This document shows positions 1 through 8,756 of a stretch of 26,010 nucleotides of DNA, one piece after another (position 1 is the stretch's first letter; every line of letters starts with the position of its first letter). This DNA comes from Caecitellus pseudoparvulus (Eukaryota > Protista > Bigyra: Bicosoecida). The translations under genes and the position numbers were made by a program. The notes under the pieces were generated by a model, which was given only the letters and a program-made list of their open reading frames with translations, was not told the DNA's origin and ran no database searches. Location of the stretch: positions 1-26,010 of the forward strand of contig CBFFRQ010000187.1 of assembly GCA_965644315.1 (NCBI GenBank). The letters run 5' to 3'.

Positions 1-1954
1 TAACCCTAACCCTAACCCTAACCCTAACCCTAACCCTAACCCTAACCCTAACCCTAACCCTAACCCTAACCCTAACCCTAACCCTAACCCTAACCCTAAC
101 CCTAACCCTAACCCTAACCCTAACCCTAACCCTAACCCTAACCCTAACCCTAACCCTAACCCTAACCCTAACCCTAACCCTAACCCTAACCCTAACCCTA
201 ACCCTAACCCTAACCCTAACCCTAACCCTAACCCTAACCCTAACCCTAACCCTAACCCTAACCCTAACCCTAACCCTAACCCTAACCCTAACCCTAACCC
301 TAACCCTAACCCTAACCCTAACCCTAACCCTAACCCTAACCCTAACCCTAACCCTAACCCTAACCCTAACCCTAACCCTAACCCTAACCCTAACCCTAAC
401 CCTAACCCTAACCCTAACCCTAACCCTAACCCTAACCCTAACCCTAACCCTAACCCTAACCCTAACCCTAACCCTAACCCTAACCCTAACCCTAACCCTA
501 ACCCTAACCCTAACCCTAACCCTAACCCTAACCCTAACCCTAACCCTAACCCTAACCCTAACCCTAACCCTAACCCTAACCCTAACCCTAACCCTAACCC
601 TAACCCTAACCCTAACCCTAACCCTAACCCTAACCCTAACCCTAACCCTAACCCTAACCCTAACCCTAACCCTAACCCTAACCCTAACCCTAACCCTAAC
701 CCTAACCCTAACCCTAACCCTAACCCTAACCCTAACCCTAACCCTAACCCTAACCCTAACCCTAACCCTAACCCTAACCCTAACCCTAACCCTAACCCTA
801 ACCCTAACCCTAACCCTAACCCTAACCCTAACCCTAACCCTAACCCTAACCCTAACCCTAACCCTAACCCTAACCCTAACCCTAACCCTAACCCTAACCC
901 TAACCCTAACCCTAACCCTAACCCTAACCCTAACCCTAACCCTAACCCTAACCCTAACCCTAACCCTAACCCTAACCCTAACCCTAACCCTAACCCTAAC
1001 CCTAACCCTAACCCTAACCCTAACCCTAACCCTAACCCTAACCCTAACCCTAACCCTAACCCTAACCCTAACCCTAACCCTAACCCTAACCCTAACCCTA
1101 ACCCTAACCCTAACCCTAACCCTAACCCTAACCCTAACCCTAACCCTAACCCTAACCCTAACCCTAACCCTAACCCTAACCCTAACCCTAACCCTAACCC
1201 TAACCCTAACCCTAACCCTAACCCTAACCCTAACCCTAACCCTAACCCTAACCCTAACCCTAACCCTAACCCTAACCCTAACCCTAACCCTAACCCTAAC
1301 CCTAACCCTAACCCTAACCCTAACCCTAACCCTAACCCTAACCCTAACCCTAACCCTAACCCTAACCCTAACCCTAACCCTAACCCTAACCCTAACCCTA
1401 ACCCTAACCCTAACCCTAACCCTAACCCTAACCCTAACCCTAACCCTAACCCTAACCCTAACCCTAACCCTAACCCTAACCCTAACCCTAACCCTAACCC
1501 TAACCCTAACCCTAACCCTAACCCTAACCCTAACCCTAACCCTAACCCTAACCCTAACCCTAACCCTAACCCTAACCCTAACCCTAACCCTAACCCTAAC
1601 CCTAACCCTAACCCTAACCCTAACCCTAACCCTAACCCTAACCCTAACCCTAACCCTAACCCTAACCCTAACCCTAACCCTAACCCTAACCCTAACCCTA
1701 ACCCTAACCCTAACCCTAACCCTAACCCTAACCCTAACCCTAACCCTAACCCTAACCCTAACCCTAACCCTAACCCTAACCCTAACCCTAACCCTAACCC
1801 TAACCCTAACCCTAACCCTAACCCTAACCCTAACCCTAACCCTAACCCTAACCCTAACCCTAACCCTAACCCTAACCCTAACCCTAACCCTAACCCTAAC
1901 CCTACCCTAACCCTAACCCTAACCCTAACCCTAACCCTAACCCTAACCCTAACC
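1..1954 (+). repeat. Terminal telomeric tract (TAACCC)n (C-rich strand of TTAGGG telomere)
   Basis: Hexamer array from base 1, with one variant unit (TACCC) near 1903; the C-rich strand at the 5' start indicates a left chromosome end. Confidence 0.99.
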
Positions 1955-1987
1955 GGCATGGAGGCAATCTGCAATGCATTGAGTAGC
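1955..1987 (+). mobile_element. 33-nt stub of element A 3' terminus embedded in the telomere
   Basis: 1956-1987 (GCATGGAGGCAATCTGCAATGCATTGAGTAGC) is identical to 5706-5737 and 8686-8717; flanked by telomeric repeats on both sides. Confidence 0.93.
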
Positions 1988-2785
1988 TAACCTAACCCTA
2001 ACCCTAACCCTAACCCTAACCCTAACCCTAACCCTAACCCTAACCCTAACCCTAACCCTAACCCTAACCCTAACCCTAACCCTAACCCTAACCCTAACCC
2101 TAACCCTAACCCTAACCCTAACCCTAACCCTAACCCTAACCCTAACCCTAACCCTAACCCTAACCCTAACCCTAACCCTAACCCTAACCCTAACCCTAAC
2201 CCTAACCCTAACCCTAACCCTAACCCTAACCCTAACCCTAACCCTAACCCTAACCCTAACCCTAACCCTAACCCTAACCCTAACCCTAACCCTAACCCTA
2301 ACCCTAACCCTAACCCTAACCCTAACCCTAACCCTAACCCTAACCCTAACCCTAACCCTAACCCTAACCCTAACCCTAACCCTAACCCTAACCCTAACCC
2401 TAACCCTAACCCTAACCCTAACCCTAACCCTAACCCTAACCCTAACCCTAACCCTAACCCTAACCCTAACCCTAACCCTAACCCTAACCCTAACCCTAAC
2501 CCTAACCCTAACCCTAACCCTAACCCTAACCCTAACCCTAACCCTAACCCTAACCCTAACCCTAACCCTAACCCTAACCCTAACCCTAACCCTAACCCTA
2601 ACCCTAACCCTAACCCTAACCCTAACCCTAACCCTAACCCTAACCCTAACCCTAACCCTAACCCTAACCCCTAACCCAAACCCCTAACCCTAACCCTAAC
2701 CCTAACCCTAACAGAAAGGAGGGAACCCTAACCCTAACCCTAACCCTAACCCTAACCCTAACCCTAACCCTAACCCTAACCCTAA
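1988..2785 (+). repeat. Internal telomeric tract (TAACCC)n with degenerate units near 2670-2725
   Basis: Direct reading; includes TAACCCC and AAACCCC variants and an 11-nt AGAAAGGAGGG interruption at 2713-2723. Confidence 0.97.
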
Positions 2786-2810
2786 GGCAATCTGCAATGC
2801 ATTGAGTAGC
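2786..2810 (+). mobile_element. 25-nt stub of element A 3' terminus joined via TAAC to the 5' end of copy A1
   Basis: GGCAATCTGCAATGCATTGAGTAGC is identical to 5713-5737. Confidence 0.92.
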
Positions 2811-2814
2811 TAAC

Positions 2815-5737
2815 TTTCCAAATGTCAAGCTAATCACAAGTTGTGAAGTGCTAACATTGCCTAATCCAGGCGCTCGTGCACCCAAGTGTGGTGTTGCACA
2901 GTGCTTGCTGGTTGGGTGGTGCGCACCGGGGCGGGGTAGTGCGAATTCCGCACACCATCGCACCGTGGCTCCCAGTTTGCGCCCTCGGTCGGGGCATGCA
3001 CCTGGGATCGACATCAAAAGCATCATTGACAAGCATCATGAACGCCCAAGTGGATCAAGTCCTGGGGGTCCTCTTCGTGGAGGGGTGCCTGAAGCGCAAG
3101 CAAGTGCTCGGCCCCAGAACAGGTGTCTTCACTGACATGCCACGTCGGGGTGCCGCACGCACCTTCGAGCTTGGAGGACCCCTGCCCAAGACTGATCATG
3201 ATAGTTCATCTTCGGCACGGGACATGTGGCTCGAGGTCTATGGGGAAGCCGCCGAACGGCTGATCCCAGGGCTGAGTGCGGAATTCGGCAACGCCAATGC
3301 GGCCCTGCGCCAGGGACCCACCGGATCGCCAACCATCCTCGTCACGCTCGGAAGTGAGGGTGATTCACCAACAGTGGCACGTCAACTTCGCATTCTTGCT
3401 GCTCAAGAGGACGACTTCGCCATTCGAGTCGGCCAAGGTGGGTTCGTCGCCGTGGCCTACACCAACACCAAGCAGTTCGCATCGGCGAAGGCGAAAGTGA
3501 AGGTGAAGGCCCACCCCACCGCCATCCAAGTGGCCCACCAAGTGACCAAGGAAGCAACCGAAATCGCCTGCCAGTCAGGTGATGTTGCCAAGGTCATGTG
3601 CCTCGTTAGGTCCCACTTCGACCATGGCCCCGTGCCAGCCCAAGCCGTCCGTCCCAGTGTCAGACAATCCGTCCCCTCCGAGGGTGATGCACCTGTCGAC
3701 ACCAAGACACCATCGACCTGGACTGACACTCAGCTCGACAAGGCACCGAAGAAGAAGAAGACCCGTCGAGGCAAGCGAGGAAAGGGCAAGTCAGCCGGAC
3801 GATCCCTCACCTTCGAGGACGTCTTCATCAAGAACGTCCGGCCACCTGCACCTCGACCAACCTCACCACCTGCCACCCAAGGCTCACCCAAAGATACCGT
3901 CACCACCCCTGTGGTGCATGCCATGTTGCCTTCATCAAGGGTGCAGCGGGGCGTCGACCGCAAGTGGCCGTCCCCCACCCCGTCGGGCGAGGCAAGCCCC
4001 GAGGTGCACCGGTATCGGCCGTCTGCAGCAGCAGCATGGGAGGTGATCACAAGGGTGGTGCCTCTTCATGACAGTGTGCGGACACCCGAGCACCTGGCCG
4101 AGTACCCCATCAAGCCTGGCCCTCTGGCCGACCTGCTGTCATCGACCCACGTGTACTCTAACGTGGGGGGCGGGCCTGTGTCCAGGCCTGTCTCGAGACG
4201 GCAGCAGGGGAGAGGGTCTTCGAGGCTGGGGACCTCCTCCTACTCCAGCATGCAGCCACCATCAACGCTGCCCAGCTTGCCTTCAAGCACATGGTCAGGC
4301 AGCTGGAGGGGGTGGTCAGTGACTCGTCCAGCTCGGACATCATGGACGTCGGCCAGAAGCCACCCTCCCCCTTCCGCTCAGACGGGCAACGGGTGGCCGT
4401 CTTCCGCAACATGCTGCACCAGCACTCGCCGGATGACACCTTCCTGGCCCCAGGTACACCACCAGTCCTGCTTCCCGGCCTGCACCTGCTCATCGACCGC
4501 ATCAACCAAGGGTACCGTGCCCCAGCCGGGCATGATGACCTTGGCCAGGCCGGCGTCGACCCCAGCCAGGTTGATGAAGAGGGTGACCAAGAGGGGCACC
4601 TCGACGGAGTGCTGTATGCCTTCGCACTTCGAGAGGTGTGGACCGACAACACGGCCCATCTGCAGCTCATCCTCGTCGACCATGATCGAGGCAAGCTGGT
4701 GCTGTGGAACCCCGACATCCCTGACCTCCATGACGAGCTGCCCCTGCACAAGTGCATGACCCGGCTGGCAGCCGAAGGCATCAACGTCTTGTACCGGATC
4801 TGGACCACACCCGAGGCGGGCAGTCCAGCACCCTTCCGGGACAGGCTTCGAGGGGCACTCCAGTCTCTCCGAGATGACTTGCACCCCCTGCCTCACAAGG
4901 CCACCGACGGCACCGTGCACCCCCAGACCCTCATCGCTGGCAAGGGCACAAGGGTGGCCATGCCTCATGGGCGGATGACCCGACAGCAGGCCGCCACCCT
5001 GGAGGCTGAGGTCAAGGACCCCCTCAAGCGGCTGGTGCCTGAAGACGGCGAGGGTCGCCTGCCCAAGGTCAAGGATGTGCCCCACATCTCGATCGGGCAG
5101 ATGGGTGGACGCCTGATGTAAGTCACCTGTGGGGGCATACTCCCTGTGCCACACATGACTGAAGCTTTGTGTCGCGACCGACGCACATAGCTGACATCGG
5201 ACATTGGAAAGTCCAACCCAACCTCACCATCACCAACCCAACATCGATACCAACACATCAGGACTCGGCTCAGTGGAAGGGGAAGGCACTTGCAGCAAGA
5301 TCTGTGAGGCCGCCCCCAAACCTGAGCCGAAGGGACAGCCGGGCTGGGTCGTGTGCTTGCATCTCAGCAACACCCAGTCCGTGTCGAGTCCATATCCTCC
5401 AGCCCACACCGCCACCCAAGCCAAGCAAGTCGGGTCTCCACCCCTGGACATCGGACCGAGACGGACGAGACTGGACTGGACGGACAAGACAAGAGTGGAC
5501 CGAGACCTGGACCTACACCTCAAGACCATCCCACCGGGGCGGGCGCTGAAGCGCCAAGACAGACGGCGACTTATACAACGGACACGAGTCTGTGCTAGTC
5601 GCAAAGCCGTGCAAGCGGTGCCGTCGTGGTGTCTGTGTCACTGCATTCTGTTGTGGCGCAGGTGGCACCACATGTCCAAGCCCAAGCTGTACCATGATGT
5701 AGCCTGCATGGAGGCAATCTGCAATGCATTGAGTAGC
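2815..5737 (+). mobile_element. Telomere-associated element A, copy 1 (2,923 bp; probable non-autonomous retroelement)
   Basis: Near-identical to 5794-8717; bounded by CTAAC/telomeric repeats; single long ORF plus ~620-nt 3' region; 3' stubs occur elsewhere in the telomere. Confidence 0.88.
3038..5121 (+). pseudogene. Element A ORF, copy 1, split by a 1-nt deletion (G6 vs G7 at 4165-4170); may be a sequencing error
   Basis: ORFs 2876..4759 and 4291..5121 together reproduce the intact ORF of copy 2. Confidence 0.75.
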
Positions 5738-5741
5738 TAAC
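5542..5741 (+). other. Structured 3'-terminal RNA module of element A (hairpins followed by GCUAAC)
   Basis: Stems GGCGC/GCGCC, GCGACT/AGTCGC, CGGAC/GTCTG, GCCGT-GCAA-GCGGT and GTGGTGTC/GGCACCAC are matched by equivalent stems in element B at 11012-11207. Confidence 0.75.
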
Positions 5742-5793
5742 CTAACCCTAACCTAACCCTAACCCTAACCCTAACCCTAACCCTAACCCTAAC
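5738..5793 (+). repeat. Telomeric spacer between A1 and A2 (56 bp, includes two TAACC variants)
   Basis: Direct reading. Confidence 0.97.
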
Positions 5794-8717
5794 TTTCCAA
5801 ATGTCAAGCTAATCACAAGTTGTGAAGTGCTAACATTGCCTAATCCAGGCGCTCGTGCACCCAAGTGTGGTGTTGCACAGTGCTTGCTGGTTGGGTGGTG
5901 CGCACCGGGGCGGGGTAGTGCGAATTCCGCACACCATCGCACCGTGGCTCCCAGTTTGCGCCCTCGGTCGGGGCATGCACCTGGGATCGACATCAAAAGC
6001 ATCATTGACAAGCATCATGAACGCCCAAGTGGATCAAGTCCTGGGGGTCCTCTTCGTGGAGGGGTGCCTGAAGCGCAAGCAAGTGCTCGGCCCCAGAACA
6101 GGTGTCTTCACTGACATGCCACGTCGGGGTGCCGCACGCACCTTCGAGCTTGGAGGACCCCTGCCCAAGACTGATCATGATAGTTCATCTTCGGCACGGG
6201 ACATGTGGCTCGAGGTCTATGGGGAAGCCGCCGAACGGCTGATCCCAGGGCTGAGTGCGGAATTCGGCAACGCCAATGCGGCCCTGCGCCAGGGACCCAC
6301 CGGATCGCCAACCATCCTCGTCACGCTCGGAAGTGAGGGTGATTCACCAACAGTGGCACGTCAACTTCGCATTCTTGCTGCTCAAGAGGACGACTTCGCC
6401 ATTCGAGTCGGCCAAGGTGGGTTCGTCGCCGTGGCCTACACCAACACCAAGCAGTTCGCATCGGCGAAGGCGAAAGTGAAGGTGAAGGCCCACCCCACCG
6501 CCATCCAAGTGGCCCACCAAGTGACCAAGGAAGCAACCGAAATCGCCTGCCAGTCAGGTGATGTTGCCAAGGTCATGTGCCTCGTTAGGTCCCACTTCGA
6601 CCATGGCCCCGTGCCAGCCCAAGCCGTCCGTCCCAGTGTCAGACAATCCGTCCCCTCCGAGGGTGATGCACCTGTCGACACCAAGACACCATCGACCTGG
6701 ACTGACACTCAGCTCGACAAGGCACCGAAGAAGAAGAAGACCCGTCGAGGCAAGCGAGGAAAGGGCAAGTCAGCCGGACGATCCCTCACCTTCGAGGACG
6801 TCTTCATCAAGAACGTCCGGCCACCTGCACCTCGACCAACCTCACCACCTGCCACCCAAGGCTCACCCAAAGATACCGTCACCACCCCTGTGGTGCATGC
6901 CATGTTGCCTTCATCAAGGGTGCAGCGGGGCGTCGACCGCAAGTGGCCGTCCCCCACCCCGTCGGGCGAGGCAAGCCCCGAGGTGCACCGGTATCGGCCG
7001 TCTGCAGCAGCAGCATGGGAGGTGATCACAAGGGTGGTGCCTCTTCATGACAGTGTGCGGACACCCGAGCACCTGGCCGAGTACCCCATCAAGCCTGGCC
7101 CTCTGGCCGACCTGCTGTCATCGACCCACGTGTACTCTAACGTGGGGGGGCGGGCCTGTGTCCAGGCCTGTCTCGAGACGGCAGCAGGGGAGAGGGTCTT
7201 CGAGGCTGGGGACCTCCTCCTACTCCAGCATGCAGCCACCATCAACGCTGCCCAGCTTGCCTTCAAGCACATGGTCAGGCAGCTGGAGGGGGTGGTCAGT
7301 GACTCGTCCAGCTCGGACATCATGGACGTCGGCCAGAAGCCACCCTCCCCCTTCCGCTCAGACGGGCAACGGGTGGCCGTCTTCCGCAACATGCTGCACC
7401 AGCACTCGCCGGATGACACCTTCCTGGCCCCAGGTACACCACCAGTCCTGCTTCCCGGCCTGCACCTGCTCATCGACCGCATCAACCAAGGGTACCGTGC
7501 CCCAGCCGGGCATGATGACCTTGGCCAGGCCGGCGTCGACCCCAGCCAGGTTGATGAAGAGGGTGACCAAGAGGGGCACCTCGACGGAGTGCTGTATGCC
7601 TTCGCACTTCGAGAGGTGTGGACCGACAACACGGCCCATCTGCAGCTCATCCTCGTCGACCATGATCGAGGCAAGCTGGTGCTGTGGAACCCCGACATCC
7701 CTGACCTCCATGACGAGCTGCCCCTGCACAAGTGCATGACCCGGCTGGCAGCCGAAGGCATCAACGTCTTGTACCGGATCTGGACCACACCCGAGGCGGG
7801 CAGTCCAGCACCCTTCCGGGACAGGCTTCGAGGGGCACTCCAGTCTCTCCGAGATGACTTCCCCCCCCTGCCTCACAAGGCCACCGACGGCACCGTGCAC
7901 CCCCAGACCCTCATCGCTGGCAAGGGCACAAGGGTGGCCATGCCTCATGGGCGGATGACCCGACAGCAGGCCGCCACCCTGGAGGCTGAGGTCAAGGACC
8001 CCCTCAAGCGGCTGGTGCCTGAAGACGGCGAGGGTCGCCTGCCCAAGGTCAAGGATGTGCCCCACATCTCGATCGGGCAGATGGGTGGACGCCTGATGTA
8101 AGTCACCTGTGGGGGCATACTCCCTGTGCCACACATGACTGAAGCTTTGTGTCGCGACCGACGCACATAGCTGACATCGGACATTGGAAAGTCCAACCCA
8201 ACCTCACCATCACCAACCCAACATCGATACCAACACATCAGGACTCGGCTCAGTGGAAGGGGAAGGCACTTGCAGCAAGATCTGTGAGGCCGCCCCCAAA
8301 CCTGAGCCGAAGGGACAGCCGGGCTGGGTCGTGTGCTTGCATCTCAGCAACACCCAGTCCGTGTCGAGTCCATATCCTCCAGCCCACACCGCCACCCAAG
8401 CCAAGCAAGTCGGGTCTCCACCCCTGGACATCGGACCGAGACGGACGAGACTGGACTGGACGGACAAGACAAGAGTGGACCGAGACCTGGACCTACACCT
8501 CAAGACCATCCCACCGGGGCGGGCGCTGAAGCGCCAAGACAGACGGCGACTTATACAACGGACACGAGTCTGTGCTAGTCGCAAAGCCGTGCAAGCGGTG
8601 CCGTCGTGGTGTCTGTGTCACTGCATTCTGTTGTGGCGCAGGTGGCACCACATGTCCAAGCCCAAGCTGTACCATGATGTAGCCTGCATGGAGGCAATCT
8701 GCAATGCATTGAGTAGC
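5794..8717 (+). mobile_element. Telomere-associated element A, copy 2 (2,924 bp, intact ORF)
   Basis: Same 5' start (CTAAC|TTTCCAAATG) and 3' end (GAGTAGC|TAAC) as copy 1; I noticed only 3 nt of difference. Confidence 0.88.
6017..8101 (+). CDS. Element A protein (~694 aa from ATG 6017; alternative ATG 5975): basic KKKKTRRGKRGKGK segment, Pro/Ser-rich linker, possible papain-fold C-terminal domain; no RT motifs seen
   Basis: Long uninterrupted ORF with GC3-rich codons, TAA stop. Confidence 0.8.
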   Translation: MNAQVDQVLGVLFVEGCLKRKQVLGPRTGVFTDMPRRGAARTFELGGPLPKTDHDSSSSARDMWLEVYGEAAERLIPGLSAEFGNANAALRQGPTGSPTILVTLGSEGDSPTVARQLRILAAQEDDFAIRVGQGGFVAVAYTNTKQFASAKAKVKVKAHPTAIQVAHQVTKEATEIACQSGDVAKVMCLVRSHFDHGPVPAQAVRPSVRQSVPSEGDAPVDTKTPSTWTDTQLDKAPKKKKTRRGKRGKGKSAGRSLTFEDVFIKNVRPPAPRPTSPPATQGSPKDTVTTPVVHAMLPSSRVQRGVDRKWPSPTPSGEASPEVHRYRPSAAAAWEVITRVVPLHDSVRTPEHLAEYPIKPGPLADLLSSTHVYSNVGGRACVQACLETAAGERVFEAGDLLLLQHAATINAAQLAFKHMVRQLEGVVSDSSSSDIMDVGQKPPSPFRSDGQRVAVFRNMLHQHSPDDTFLAPGTPPVLLPGLHLLIDRINQGYRAPAGHDDLGQAGVDPSQVDEEGDQEGHLDGVLYAFALREVWTDNTAHLQLILVDHDRGKLVLWNPDIPDLHDELPLHKCMTRLAAEGINVLYRIWTTPEAGSPAPFRDRLRGALQSLRDDFPPLPHKATDGTVHPQTLIAGKGTRVAMPHGRMTRQQAATLEAEVKDPLKRLVPEDGEGRLPKVKDVPHISIGQMGGRLM

Positions 8718-8721
8718 TAAC
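8522..8721 (+). other. Structured 3'-terminal RNA module of element A, copy 2
   Basis: Identical to 5542-5741. Confidence 0.75.
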
Positions 8722-8756
8722 CCTAACCCTAACCCTAACCCTAACCCTAACCCTAA
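8718..8756 (+). repeat. Telomeric spacer (6.5 units) capping the truncated 5' end of element B
   Basis: Direct reading. Confidence 0.97.

Noticed and set aside
2664-3032. Minus-strand ORFs containing (RV)n or (LG)n runs (also 5748..6011 and 8575..8811)
   Set aside because: These are translations of telomeric repeats
5266-5391. Pol III A-box/B-box-like words (GGCTCAGTGG ... GTGTCGAGTCC)
   Set aside because: The B-box is mismatched and distant, and there is no tRNA cloverleaf
5204-5740. 178-aa ORF in the A 3' region (and 8184..8720)
   Set aside because: Non-ATG start; conservation with B over its 3' part follows base-pairing, and B has no equivalent ORF
1955-8756. CRISPR-like repeat/spacer reading of the recurring GCAATCTGCAATGCATTGAGTAGC
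   Set aside because: Eukaryotic telomere context; the repeat is the element's 3' terminus and the spacing is irregular
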